A DNA stretch of 64,000 bases from Dehalococcoidia bacterium (GTDB lineage Bacteria > Chloroflexota > Dehalococcoidia > Plut-88900): the NCBI GenBank assembly GCA_965207225.1, contig CBDBLV010000005.1, positions 384,001 to 448,000 of the forward strand. The letters are read 5' to 3'. Under the pieces are notes generated by a model, which saw only the letters and a program-made list of their open reading frames with translations, was not told the origin of the DNA and did no database searches. Both the position numbers and the translations under genes were made by a program. Positions 31,861 through 42,346 of the stretch are shown here, in pieces; the stretch's first letter is position 1, and each line of letters begins with the position of its first letter.

Positions 31861-34800
31861 CTATTGGAATAATAGGCTTTGGCTAACTGGTTGCGGTGCG
31901 GTCCATAGTCCTCCGAATTCTAAATCGTTGGGAATGAACTGTACACCCACTATACTAACCGAAAACAATGCTTCATATGGGTGATACTGCCCCGCGTCGT
32001 AACTGGCTGTTGCAGTGTCCATCCGTGCAGGGAAAATGTCATCTATGGAACGGTCCGTATATGCCCAGTGACCATATTCGAGCTGCCAGGTAACGTCCAC
32101 GGAGTTGATGGTGACATCATCGACGCAACCCGGCCTAAAGACGAAGCTTGAATGAACCCTTCTAGACGCCGTATTTTCTCGTTCTAAGGGGCCGAACACA
32201 ACTCTTGGCGGGTCACAGGAGATGAACTCAGGATTGGCTTTAGCATGTTCGATGTCGTGGGATGTGACCGGTAGACGTTCGCTAAAGTCCCAACCAAACC
32301 GCTGAACGAGGGCTACGGTTTGTGCCCATGCATCTGTAATGTTGACGAAGGAGTGTCCTGTGACTTCGTAAAAGATCCTCCTGACCTCATTGTATGTTCT
32401 TATGAGAGCCGAATTTTGTATGCATTGAGACGTATCTGTGATATTTCTGCATTGCATGTCTAAAACCCACAGGTTATCGGCAACGACTCTATTGCGGGCA
32501 TTCCAGGCTCTGTCTAGTTCGCTGCTACCAACAGTACCCTCAAACTTAACTAGGCTGCTGTATGCCAGGTCATGTTTTAGACAAGCATAGTCGTTTGGTA
32601 CTGCAAAGTCCGGATTAAGATTTATGAGAGGTACCTCTGGAGAGCAAACAGAATCTCCCCAGCCTAGCCAGGTGTAAGGTCCATCTACTACGCGTGATTC
32701 GAGTTCTTCAGTGCTTCGACTGTCATTCCAAAATGTATTGGACGTACGAATGAGCAAACAATTCAAGACGTCGATCTTGGTTCTCAAGTCAACGTTTGAC
32801 TCCTGATAAGCCAACGGTATCGGGAGTGGGACGCAGTCAAGGCCCGTACCCAGTGGTTGGTAAGGATTCCTGCTCGGGGTGCCACTCGACAATTGCTCTG
32901 GTCTCGATGCGAGTAAACGGCCGAGCAATTCCAGTGTCTCCCGGTCGCCTACGCGCTCCGTGAACTCTCGTCCATAAGCCGTATCCAACAAGGCGGAATA
33001 TTCACTATTGTTGGCCTTGAGATTCATCAATTGCTGTTGGTATTGTGTTTCGACTGCTGAGAACATCACGTAGGCTTGAGCGTGGCATAAGCCTCCCTCA
33101 TCCATTTTAGAACTAATATCATCTGTATAATCATCCAAGATGTCATCGAAGGACGTATATTGGTCGGAAGCAGCAAGGTCCTTGTTCATGCATGCCAACA
33201 GGGCGCTTTGGGCTGTGATATAAGAGGGAGATGTCTCGACGGCGGACTGCAGGTCCGCGAACATTTCGGAGACGATTGGTATTTCGCCCCAAGTGACATG
33301 CGTCTCTGCCGACGACTCGCTATTGTTGTAGGTGATAGTTACCTTATACCGCTTAGTCCCTCGAACCTGTTCCGTTTGATCTTGTCTTTCCTCCTCATCA
33401 GCTGAGACAATTTGCTGATTGGTACTGGATGCCAGATTAGTCCAATCGCCGTCCAACCATTGTTGCCATCGATAAGTTAAGGTCGCATTATGGGATTCTG
33501 TAGTGACAGCAGTTAGAGTTACATTGTCTTCAGGGCTGGGAAACAAGTCCTCCCCAATATCAATGTACACTGCAATGGGCCGCCACCGTATGGTCAATGC
33601 TACTGACTCCTCCCAAGGTGTGGCGTCGATGCTAGCAATGATCTTGAAAGTTCTCGTAGTCTCAGTGCTGGAAGACTCGGAAAGAGTAGCGGATGTGGAA
33701 GAGTGGTTAGTCCATGTTCCACCGCTGTACTCTTGCCATTGATAGGACAAAACGGAACTGGAAGGCGCGTTGGCAGTAGCAGTCAAGGTAACTGTTTGTC
33801 CCAGCACCGGATCTGAGACATCAACATCGATGGTTACGCAGACGAGAAGGCCGAGAGAGTCGAGATCGTTGTCAGTCGTGTAAGGAATCGTTGCCGGAAT
33901 GCAGCCGGTCAAGGAATTGCCGGCTAGATAAAGGGTGGTAAGGCTGGTCAGGTTAGAAAATGTCCCGGGTATTTGTCCCGATAGATTGTTGTAGCTGAGG
34001 TCCATGTACGTCAGGTTAGTTAGATTGCCCAACTCGGTGGGGATCAAGCCCGATATGAAGTTATAGTTTAGGTTAAGGTGCCGGAGGCTGGAGAGACTCC
34101 CCAACTCAGCCGGGATGGGATCCGACAGAGCGTTGTAACTGAGGTCGAGATATTCAAGGCTGGTTAGACTGCCCAACTCTGTTGGGATGATTCCTGACAG
34201 GGTGTTGTAGCTGAGGTCGAGATAATCAAGGCTGGTGAGATTGCCCAACTCGGTGGGGAGGGCACCTGACAGGAAATTGTAACTGAGGTCTAGAATGGCC
34301 AGGCTGGTTAGACTGCCCAACTCGGTGGGGATGGGACCCGACAGACTGTTGTAACTGAGATCCAGGAAGGACAGGCTGGAAAGACTCCCGAACTCGGTGG
34401 GTATGGAGCCCGACAACTGGTTGTGGCTAAGATCCAACGATGTGAGGCCGGTAAGACTGCCCAACTCGGTGGGTATGGAGCCCGATAATGTGTTGCCACC
34501 GAGGTCCAGCGATGTGAGGCTGGTTAGACTGCCTAATTCCGTGGGGATGGTGCTCCACAGGAAGTTGTCACTGAGGTCTAGCGATGTGAGGCCGGTAAGG
34601 CTGCCCAGTTCGGTGGGGATGGAGTCAGACAGGGTGTTGCCACCAAGGTCGAGGTAGGTGAGGCTAGTGAGACTGCCCAACTCAGTTGGTATGAAGCCCC
34701 ACAGTTCATTGCCACCGAGGTCGAGGTAGGTGAGGCTGGTTAGACTACCCAACTCGGTGGGAATGGAGTCCGACAAGTCGTTGCCACTGAGGTCCAACGA

Positions 34801-37800
34801 TGTGAGGCTCGTGAGACTGCCCAACTCGGTAGGTATAGAGCCCGACAGCTCATTACTACCGAGGTCCAGCGATGTGAGGCTCGTGACACTGCCCAACTCG
34901 GTAGGTATAGAGCCCGACAGCTCATTACCACCGAGGTCGAGGTAGGTGAGACCCGTGAGGCTGCCCAATTCGGTGGGTATGGAGCCTGACAACTGGTTGC
35001 CGCTAAGATCCAACGATGTGAGGCCGGTAAGACTGCCCAACTCGGTGGGTATGGAGCCCGATAATGTGTTGCCACCGAGGTCCAGCGATGTCAGGCTCGT
35101 TAGACTGCCTAATTCCGTGGGGATTGACCCCGATAGGTAGTAATCAGAAAGATCCAGCTCGGTGATACGATCGGTTGCTTGACCACTCTGGGGGTCTTGC
35201 ACTGAACTGATTATGACTCCTTCCCATGTCGTAATGGCATTATGAGTTCCCCAATTGAGAAATATAGGAGTGTTCCCCCTCAACGCATCGATTATTTTCA
35301 CGAGGCTTTCGCAGTCACCGACCAGTTCTTGGTTAGTGGCTGCATCGGGTATCACTACACCATTGGAGCATGCCGCCACGGATATCTCCGTCGGGGGCTC
35401 GATGGTCACGGGCACCTCTAAGGCCGGCGACCACTGGCTCCACGGTCCACAGTCGGTCCGGGAGGCGGTCTGGCAGTTCCTGCCCCGGGCCCTGTACCAC
35501 AGGCCCTGGTCGACGTCGTCGAAGTGTGCGGGGGAGGCCGTGGAGTCGTCGTTGGTGGCGGCCAGGGAGTAGGTCCCCGTCTCCATGTCCGAGGACTCCA
35601 GCTCGAACTGGTAGTAGTGGGTGGACTCACTACTCTGGGTATAGCCGAGGTCGAGGTTGTTGTCGTCCCCCGCCTCTATGCTCAGGTTCAGGTTGCTCGG
35701 GGGCTCGATGGTCACGGGCACCTCTAAGGCCGGCGACCACTGGCTCCACGGTCCACAGTCGGTCCGGGAGGCGGTCTGGCAGTTCCTGCCCCGGGCCCTG
35801 TACCACAGGCCCTGGTCGACGTCGTCGAAGTGTGCGGGGGAGGCCGTGGAGTCGTCGTTGGTGGCGGCCAGGGAGTAGGTCCCCGTCTCGGCATCCGAGG
35901 ACTCCAGCTCGAACTGGTAGTAGTGGGTGGACTCACTACTCTGGGTATAGCCGAGGTCGAGGTTGTTGTCGTCCCCCGCCTCTATGCTCAGGTTCAGGTT
36001 GCTCGGGGGCTCTAGTTCCTCGAGGTTGGTGGAGACGGTGAAGGTAGCGGCTTCGCCCCAGTCGGTCTCATAGGTTGTCCCGTCGCCGTAGGCCCTGACC
36101 CTGAGGGGGTACTCGGTGCCTGGGGAGAGCCCTGTGATGGTGCGGGTGCCGGCGGAGGTGTAGGTGTCTATCTCTATCCAGTCTGGTTGGGTGGGGTCCT
36201 TGAGAGCCTCGAACCCCAGGTACTCGAGGAGGTACTTCGTGGCCCCGGTGACCGGGTCCCAGCTCACGCTGATGGTTGTGGTCCCCGTGGCGGTGGCGGT
36301 GAAGTTCCCCGGTGCGGGAGGCAGGCAGAGGTCGGTGGAGTCGGTATGGGAAGAGGTGGGACTCCACGCCTGGGCATAGTCGATGCCGTCGCCGTAGGCG
36401 CTGATCCTGAACTGGTAGGAGACGTCGCACTCCAGGCCGGAGACCGCGTGGCTGGTACTGGAACCGGTGATGGTGTCGCTGGACAAGGTCCAGGCGGTGC
36501 CGTCGGTGCTGTACTCCACCCTGTAGCGGTCGATGCCGTCCTGGGTGTCCCACTCCAGGTCTATGCCGTACCTGGCCGTTGCGGCAGCGATGAAGCCTGT
36601 GGGCGCCGGGGGCGAATCGAGGTTGGTGGAGACGGTGAAGGTGGCGGCTTCGCCCCAGTCGGTCTCATAGGTTGTCCCGTCGCCGTAGGCCCTGACCCTG
36701 AGGGGGTACTCGGTGCCTGGGGAGAGCCCTGTGATGGTGCGGGTGCCGGCGGAGGTGTAGGTGTCTATCTCTATCCAGTCTGGTTGGGTGGGGTCCCTGA
36801 GAGCCTCGAACCCCAGGTACTCGAGGAGGTACTTCGTGGCCCCGGTGACCGGGTCCCAGCTCACGCTGATGGTTGTGGTCCCCGTGGCGGTGGCGGTGAA
36901 GTTCCCCGGTGCGGGAGGCAGGCAGAGGTCGGTGGAGTCGGTATGGGAAGAGGTGGGACTCCACGCCTGGGCATAGTCGATGCCGTCGCCGTAGGCGCTG
37001 ATCCTGAACTGGTAGGAGACGTCGCACTCCAGGCCGGAGACCGCGTGGCTGGTACTGGAACCGGTGATGGTGTCGCTGGACAAGGTCCAGGCGGTGCCGT
37101 CGGTGCTGTACTCCACCCTGTAGCGGTCGATGCCGTCCTGGGTGTCCCACTCCAGGTCTATGCCGTACCTGGCCGTTGCGGCAGCGATGAAGCCTGTGGG
37201 CGCCGGGGGCGAATCGAGGTTGGTGGAGACGGTGAAGGTGGCGGCTTCGCCCCAGTCGGTCTCATAGGTTGTCCCGTCGCCGTAGGCCCTGACCCTGAGG
37301 GGGTACTCGGTGCCTGGGGAGAGCCCTGTGATGGTGCGGGTGCCGGCGGAGGTGTAGGTGTCTATCTCTATCCAGTCTGGTTGGGTGGGGTCCCTGAGAG
37401 CCTCGAACCCCAGGTACTCGAGGAGGTACTTCGTGGCCCCGGTGACCGGGTCCCAGCTCACGCTGATGGTTGTGGTCCCCGTGGCGGTGGCGGTGAAGTT
37501 CCCCGGTGCGGGAGGCAGGCAGAGGTCGGTGGAGTCGGTATGGGAAGAGGTGGGACTCCACGCCTGGGCATAGTCGATGCCGTCGCCGTAGGCGCTGATC
37601 CTGAACTGGTAGGAGACGTCGCACTCCAGGCCGGAGACCGCGTGGCTGGTACTGGAACCGGTGATGGTGTCGCTGGACAAGGTCCAGGCGGTGCCGTCGG
37701 TGCTGTACTCCACCCTGTAGCGGTCGATGCCGTCCTGGGTGTCCCACTCCAGGTCTATGCCGTACCTGGCCGTTGCGGCAGCGATGAAGCCTGTGGGCGC

Positions 37801-39753
37801 CGGGGGCGAATCGAGGTTGGTGGAGACGGTGAAGGTGGCGGCTTCGCCCCAGTCGGTCTCATAGGTTGTCCCGTCGCCGTAGGCCCTGACCCTGAGGGGG
37901 TACTCGGTGCCTGGGGAGAGCCCTGTGATGGTGCGGGTGCCGGCGGAGGTGTAGGTGTCTATCTCTATCCAGTCTGGTTGGGTGGGGTCCCTGAGAGCCT
38001 CGAACCCCAGGTACTCGAGGAGGTACTTCGTGGCCCCGGTGACCGGGTCCCAGCTCACGCTGATGGTTGTGGTCCCCGTGGCGGTGGCGGTGAAGTTCCC
38101 CGGTGCGGGTGCACCGGGACAGGTGGAGGTAGTCCTGGATACTGAGGAGGACACGTTCCCGAACGTGGTGGAGAGTGGACTACCGTCTCCACGGGCACTG
38201 ACCCTGAAGTAGTAGGTTGTATTGCACTCCAGCCCTGACGCCACGGCGGTGGTGCCGCTGATGGTCGAGCTGACGGTCTGCCAGGAGCCGCTGGTGCCCA
38301 GCCTACGCTCCAGCTTGTAGCGGTAGGCGTCGGTGACTGCGTTCCAGCTGAGGCTCACGCTGCTGACGGTGTCCCCGGTAACGTGGAGTCCTCCCGGAGT
38401 GGGAGCATCGGGACAGGTGGAGGTAGTCCTGGATACTGAGGAGGAGACATCCCCGAACGTGGTGGAGAGTGGGTTACCGTCTCCACGGGCACTGACCCTG
38501 AAGTAGTAGGTTGTGTTGCACTCCAGCCCTGACGCCACGGCGGTGGTGCCGCTGATGGTCGAGCTGACGGTCTGCCAGGAGCCGCTGGTGCCCAGCCTAC
38601 GCTCCAGCTTGTAGCGGTAGGCGTCGGTGACTGCGTTCCAGCTGAGGCTCACGCTGCTGACGGTGTCCCCGGTAACGTGGAGTCCTCCCGGAGTGGGAGC
38701 ATCGGGACAGGTGGAGGTAGTCCTGGATACTGAGGAGGACACGTTCCCGAACGTGGTGGAGAGTGGACTACCGTCTCCACGGGCACTGACCCTGAAGTAG
38801 TAGGTTGTATTGCACTCCAGCCCTGACGCCACGGCGGTGGTGCCGCTGATGGTCGAGCTGACGGTCTGCCAGGAGCCGCTGGTGCCCAGCCTACGCTCCA
38901 GCTTGTAGCGGTAGGCGTCGGTGACTGCGTTCCAGCTGAGGCTCACGCTGCTGACGGTGTCCGCGGTAACGTGGAGTCCTCCCGGTGCGGGAGCATCGGG
39001 ACAGGTGGAGGTAGTCCTGGATACTGAGGAGGAGACATCCCCGAACGTGGTGGAGAGTGGGTTACCGTCTCCACGGGCACTGACCCTGAAGTAGTAGGTT
39101 GTGTTGCACTCCAGCCCTGACGCCACGGCGGTGGTGCCGCTGATGGTCGAGCTGACGGTCTGCCAGGAGCCGCTGGTGCCCAGCCTACGCTCCAGCTTGT
39201 AGCGGTAGGCGTCGGTGACTGCGTTCCAGCTGAGGCTCACGCTGCTGACGGTGTCCGCGGTAACGTGGAGTCCTCCCGGTGCGGGAGCATCGGGACAGGT
39301 GGAGGTAGTTGCGTCGCTGGTAGACGACCATTCTCCCCAGGTTTCCGTGTAGTCGTCTCCATCTCCAAAGGCCTTTACCCGGAAGTTGTACGAGGTGTTG
39401 CACTGAAGGGCCGTGACGGTGTATGGAGACGTCGTGATGCTGAGGCTGGCAATGGTCCAGGTAGACGCCGTCGAAGGCTTGTAGTCCAGCCGGTACTTGG
39501 CGAATCCGATGCGCGTATTCCAACTCACACGAACACTGGTTTGCCCCGTAGATGTAGCATTGACTCCTGTCGGCGCCGGTGGTGCAGTGATACAGCTGGG
39601 ACAGTTGGGATCTATATCGGAATTTTCCTGACCTTCCGAGGCCTGTTCACCGTCATGGGAGTCGGCGGTTACCGTGGCCACAAACAGTAGCGATACGCAT
39701 AGGATGAGAACCAGCAGTACCCCCGACAGGAGGTGGGTGTAGCGGATGGGCAT
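31861..39753 (-). CDS. Giant secreted protein: Fn3 repeats + LRR array + Ig-like domains + C-terminal phospholipase A2-like domain
   Basis: Signal peptide from ATG 39753 (the ORF track starts at 39858); ~14 Fn3 units; 24-aa plant-type LRRs (LxxLDLxxNxLSGSIPTELG); CS-P...YACLKHDLAY...RVVADNLWVLDMQC motif. Confidence 0.88.
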   Translation of the reverse strand: MPIRYTHLLSGVLLVLILCVSLLFVATVTADSHDGEQASEGQENSDIDPNCPSCITAPPAPTGVNATSTGQTSVRVSWNTRIGFAKYRLDYKPSTASTWTIASLSITTSPYTVTALQCNTSYNFRVKAFGDGDDYTETWGEWSSTSDATTSTCPDAPAPGGLHVTADTVSSVSLSWNAVTDAYRYKLERRLGTSGSWQTVSSTISGTTAVASGLECNTTYYFRVSARGDGNPLSTTFGDVSSSVSRTTSTCPDAPAPGGLHVTADTVSSVSLSWNAVTDAYRYKLERRLGTSGSWQTVSSTISGTTAVASGLECNTTYYFRVSARGDGSPLSTTFGNVSSSVSRTTSTCPDAPTPGGLHVTGDTVSSVSLSWNAVTDAYRYKLERRLGTSGSWQTVSSTISGTTAVASGLECNTTYYFRVSARGDGNPLSTTFGDVSSSVSRTTSTCPDAPTPGGLHVTGDTVSSVSLSWNAVTDAYRYKLERRLGTSGSWQTVSSTISGTTAVASGLECNTTYYFRVSARGDGSPLSTTFGNVSSSVSRTTSTCPGAPAPGNFTATATGTTTISVSWDPVTGATKYLLEYLGFEALRDPTQPDWIEIDTYTSAGTRTITGLSPGTEYPLRVRAYGDGTTYETDWGEAATFTVSTNLDSPPAPTGFIAAATARYGIDLEWDTQDGIDRYRVEYSTDGTAWTLSSDTITGSSTSHAVSGLECDVSYQFRISAYGDGIDYAQAWSPTSSHTDSTDLCLPPAPGNFTATATGTTTISVSWDPVTGATKYLLEYLGFEALRDPTQPDWIEIDTYTSAGTRTITGLSPGTEYPLRVRAYGDGTTYETDWGEAATFTVSTNLDSPPAPTGFIAAATARYGIDLEWDTQDGIDRYRVEYSTDGTAWTLSSDTITGSSTSHAVSGLECDVSYQFRISAYGDGIDYAQAWSPTSSHTDSTDLCLPPAPGNFTATATGTTTISVSWDPVTGATKYLLEYLGFEALRDPTQPDWIEIDTYTSAGTRTITGLSPGTEYPLRVRAYGDGTTYETDWGEAATFTVSTNLDSPPAPTGFIAAATARYGIDLEWDTQDGIDRYRVEYSTDGTAWTLSSDTITGSSTSHAVSGLECDVSYQFRISAYGDGIDYAQAWSPTSSHTDSTDLCLPPAPGNFTATATGTTTISVSWDPVTGATKYLLEYLGFEALKDPTQPDWIEIDTYTSAGTRTITGLSPGTEYPLRVRAYGDGTTYETDWGEAATFTVSTNLEELEPPSNLNLSIEAGDDNNLDLGYTQSSESTHYYQFELESSDAETGTYSLAATNDDSTASPAHFDDVDQGLWYRARGRNCQTASRTDCGPWSQWSPALEVPVTIEPPSNLNLSIEAGDDNNLDLGYTQSSESTHYYQFELESSDMETGTYSLAATNDDSTASPAHFDDVDQGLWYRARGRNCQTASRTDCGPWSQWSPALEVPVTIEPPTEISVAACSNGVVIPDAATNQELVGDCESLVKIIDALRGNTPIFLNWGTHNAITTWEGVIISSVQDPQSGQATDRITELDLSDYYLSGSIPTELGSLTSLTSLDLGGNTLSGSIPTELGSLTGLTSLDLSGNQLSGSIPTELGSLTGLTYLDLGGNELSGSIPTELGSVTSLTSLDLGSNELSGSIPTELGSLTSLTSLDLSGNDLSDSIPTELGSLTSLTYLDLGGNELWGFIPTELGSLTSLTYLDLGGNTLSDSIPTELGSLTGLTSLDLSDNFLWSTIPTELGSLTSLTSLDLGGNTLSGSIPTELGSLTGLTSLDLSHNQLSGSIPTEFGSLSSLSFLDLSYNSLSGPIPTELGSLTSLAILDLSYNFLSGALPTELGNLTSLDYLDLSYNTLSGIIPTELGSLTSLEYLDLSYNALSDPIPAELGSLSSLRHLNLNYNFISGLIPTELGNLTNLTYMDLSYNNLSGQIPGTFSNLTSLTTLYLAGNSLTGCIPATIPYTTDNDLDSLGLLVCVTIDVDVSDPVLGQTVTLTATANAPSSSVLSYQWQEYSGGTWTNHSSTSATLSESSSTETTRTFKIIASIDATPWEESVALTIRWRPIAVYIDIGEDLFPSPEDNVTLTAVTTESHNATLTYRWQQWLDGDWTNLASSTNQQIVSADEEERQDQTEQVRGTKRYKVTITYNNSESSAETHVTWGEIPIVSEMFADLQSAVETSPSYITAQSALLACMNKDLAASDQYTSFDDILDDYTDDISSKMDEGGLCHAQAYVMFSAVETQYQQQLMNLKANNSEYSALLDTAYGREFTERVGDRETLELLGRLLASRPEQLSSGTPSRNPYQPLGTGLDCVPLPIPLAYQESNVDLRTKIDVLNCLLIRTSNTFWNDSRSTEELESRVVDGPYTWLGWGDSVCSPEVPLINLNPDFAVPNDYACLKHDLAYSSLVKFEGTVGSSELDRAWNARNRVVADNLWVLDMQCRNITDTSQCIQNSALIRTYNEVRRIFYEVTGHSFVNITDAWAQTVALVQRFGWDFSERLPVTSHDIEHAKANPEFISCDPPRVVFGPLERENTASRRVHSSFVFRPGCVDDVTINSVDVTWQLEYGHWAYTDRSIDDIFPARMDTATASYDAGQYHPYEALFSVSIVGVQFIPNDLEFGGLWTAPQPVSQSLLFQ
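33900..35170 (-). repeat. 72-bp LRR-coding tandem array
   Basis: About 17 LRR units; ctgcccaactcggtggg recurs every 72 bp. Confidence 0.85.
35392..36010 (-). repeat. 306-bp near-identical tandem duplication (2 Fn3-like units)
   Basis: Shadow ORFs repeat at 35418 and 35724; peptide EPPSNLNLSIEAGDDNN...PALEVPVTI occurs twice. Confidence 0.9.
36020..38109 (-). repeat. 597-bp near-identical tandem repeat, ~3.5 copies (Fn3 pair)
   Basis: Identical shadow ORFs at 36068/36665/37262 and 36164/36761/37358/37955. Confidence 0.95.
38116..39309 (-). repeat. 294-bp near-identical tandem repeat, 4 copies (Fn3)
   Basis: gggacaggtggaggtag at 38116, 38410, 38704, 38998 and 39292. Confidence 0.95.
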
Positions 39754-40408
39754 CACCCCGTCAGGTTCTCCAACCTGATACGGAACTCCGGGGTCGATAG
39801 CCCACCGGCGTCGCAGGCCTGCATCACACCCCTCTGACCGCGGTGTCTCGAAGGACACGGGGCATACCGGGGCGGCGCTTTACGCAGAGTAGGAAGGTCG
39901 GCGGAAGCACAACTCGAACTGTATCGCCAGAGGTCCTGTACAACATTTCCAGTGCCCGTCCCTGCAGCCCTCAAATGCCACACCTCATCGTTATCGAAAA
40001 GGGCATCTCCTCCCGCGTTGCGCTTCCTTGAAGGACCGGTCTCCATCTCCAACTAGTCAATTCACATGATTGACCGGCCCTAGAATGGACACCTTGCTTG
40101 TCGTGAACAAGTGACATTTGCCACTCTGGTGCATAGGCATTTGTACCTTCCAAAGTACAGCAAACGCACCGCCAAAGATGGTGATAATGCCTGTCTTACG
40201 CGCTACGCTTCCTAGTGTCGCCTCGACCCGGTGAGCCTGGTAATCCGGGCCCTACCCTCCCAATCACGCAACCTATACTCACTCTTCACCCAGGCGGACA
40301 CCGGTACCAGCTCTATGTCTACCGGAGCACGTGCCACTTGCACTCATGCTCTACGAGGAAATCGAACTGATGGCGGACCCATTGGCTTGGAGCAGCAGGT
40401 CACCCAGT
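39751..40408. repeat. Conserved ~660-bp non-coding upstream region of giant gene 1
   Basis: Collinear with 57358-58010 (offset 17607 drifting to 17603); shared blocks include gcataggcatttgtac, ctcgacccggtgagc and ctcactcttcacccaggcggaca. Confidence 0.85.
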
Positions 40409-40609
40409 GTCACAATATCAAGAGCCTTCACTCTGACCTTCACTCTAGCCGGATAGGGCGGCCTATTTGGCAACAAGTCTGAAAACCGGCAACTGAGCCT
40501 CCTGCAGGTCGGTCAATGGGGCGCTCAATCCTTCATAGCTACTGTAGTTCCATTCGGGTTTGCGCAACCTTGAGCATCAGATCCTCGGTTTTCTGAAGAG
40601 TGCTCTGGT

Positions 40610-42346
40610 CTATCTTGGAACCTTCACATGGACTGTCACGATATCCAGGCCATGGTATTTCCTATGGCGCAATGTGGACGCGTAGTGGCGCAGCAACCTG
40701 TATGAAATCTCTCGACTGTCCAGCAGATCCGGTGTTTCTAACGTATACGCCAGATGGTCTTCCAGATTCTCCGCGCTAGCCCCGGAAACGAACTCCAGCT
40801 CTGCCAGCCCTTCCTTAATCTGGGCGCTGATCGTCAGCCGCCGTTGCTCTACCCTTTCCTTGCTGTCAAGGTCGTCCGACAGCAAGTTCGTGAGGACCTC
40901 CTCTCCTACAAGTACAAGCCTGCCGCTTGAGGTAGTGTCCCAATTCGCCCTCAAGGCGATTTCGTTCAAGAACTCAGTCAACTTGGGCAGTTCTTTCACG
41001 TCGAGGGCGATTGTCAGCCTTTTGCTTCGAAGGCCGGTTGACTCGAGGAACAAAACCATGATCACTGCCAAAAGAGCGCCTGAAGTCACTCCGTTTCCTA
41101 ACAGTGCGCCTAAGAAACCCTCTCCGAGGAGATCCGGGAAGATCCATCCGTTTTGCAGGCCCACACCAATCCAGAAGGAAAGCCCTACAACCACCGCTTT
41201 CTTATGATCTATTCCGTCGTTCGCTACGATCCTTATACCCTGAACGAACAGCATTCCCAGGAGAAGGGTCATATAGGCGGCGGCTACCGGGGTAGGGATG
41301 GCTATCAGGAGTGCCGTTACTTTCGGCAGAAATGCAACAGTTGCAAATATTAATCCTATTGCGAGTCCCACACGCCGGGCACCGATTCCCGTTATCTCGG
41401 CAAGGGAAACACTCGTGGAGTAGGTTGTGGTCGGCAGAGTTCCGGCAAACCCCGAGAGCAGGTTGCCCACTCCGTCGGCGTTTATGGCTCCCTGTACGAC
41501 CCGGTAGTCCGTTGCCCGGCTGCTTCTACGCGATACAGCCTGAATAGCCACTCCTGCGCCAATGGTGTCAATGGAGCCCACCATGGTCACGATCAAGAAT
41601 GCTGGGAGGAGTGCCCAAAACTGGGTGCCCGGGGTGTAGTCCAGACCCGGCCAGGACCCAAATGGAACTCCCACCCATGGAGCATCGATTATCAGGTCTA
41701 GGTCATACGATCCGAACACCGCGAATACCACGCAACCAACTCCTATGCCAAACAGCAGCGACCAGATTCGACATGAAGGCGGGGCTCGCAGTTGGAGTGC
41801 GATTACAGACAAGAGCGTAGCCGAAACGGCTGCCGCGGCGCCTGCAGTGGGTACGTTGTCGGGCACCTCGGTGAATGCGTCGAACATCACAGGGAATATG
41901 GACGCTGAGATTAGCATCATTACAGAACCCGAGACGACAGGAGTGAATATTCGACGGAGCATCGGCAGCCGATATGCCATGGTGAAGTTCAACAAGGACG
42001 AGACCAGGACCAGGCTTGCCATTGTTGCCGGCCCGGCTTCCAGTAGAGCCGCAACGCAAACGGAGATGAAAGCTCCTGAGGAGCCCATGATCAGCACATG
42101 ACCCGCGCCCACACGTCCAACGCGAATAGCTTGCAATACAGTCGCAATACCGCTGATTAGCAGGGCTGCGAAGACAACCCAGGAGATGTAGCCGTCGGGC
42201 TGATCGGCAACCCGTGCAGCTATCACGACAGTGAAGACTATCCGAGATACCATCACCGCCGCGCCCTGGACCCCTGCGCCCAGGGTGACTAAAGGGGGAG
42301 GGATCTCGTTAGGCTCGTGACGAATATTTTCGTTGGCTTGCGCCAA
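40610..42346 (-). CDS. NCS2 (xanthine/uracil permease)-like transporter fused to a C-terminal RsbW/HATPase_c_2-like domain
   Basis: ~13 TM helices; FTPVVSG and GAINADGVGNLLSG NCS2 motifs; soluble tail LPKLTEFL...RLVLVGEEVLTNL...YRLLRHYA...HRKYHG. Confidence 0.8.
   Translation of the reverse strand: MAQANENIRHEPNEIPPPLVTLGAGVQGAAVMVSRIVFTVVIAARVADQPDGYISWVVFAALLISGIATVLQAIRVGRVGAGHVLIMGSSGAFISVCVAALLEAGPATMASLVLVSSLLNFTMAYRLPMLRRIFTPVVSGSVMMLISASIFPVMFDAFTEVPDNVPTAGAAAAVSATLLSVIALQLRAPPSCRIWSLLFGIGVGCVVFAVFGSYDLDLIIDAPWVGVPFGSWPGLDYTPGTQFWALLPAFLIVTMVGSIDTIGAGVAIQAVSRRSSRATDYRVVQGAINADGVGNLLSGFAGTLPTTTYSTSVSLAEITGIGARRVGLAIGLIFATVAFLPKVTALLIAIPTPVAAAYMTLLLGMLFVQGIRIVANDGIDHKKAVVVGLSFWIGVGLQNGWIFPDLLGEGFLGALLGNGVTSGALLAVIMVLFLESTGLRSKRLTIALDVKELPKLTEFLNEIALRANWDTTSSGRLVLVGEEVLTNLLSDDLDSKERVEQRRLTISAQIKEGLAELEFVSGASAENLEDHLAYTLETPDLLDSREISYRLLRHYASTLRHRKYHGLDIVTVHVKVPR

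Noticed and set aside
36187-38145. 652-aa plus-strand ORF and other repeated shadow ORFs (e.g. 54718..55902)
   Set aside because: Antisense by-products of GC-rich codon usage in the giant minus-strand genes.
35392-39309. Long tandem repeats as a CRISPR array
   Set aside because: Units are 294-597 bp, in frame, encode Fn3 domains and have no unique spacers.
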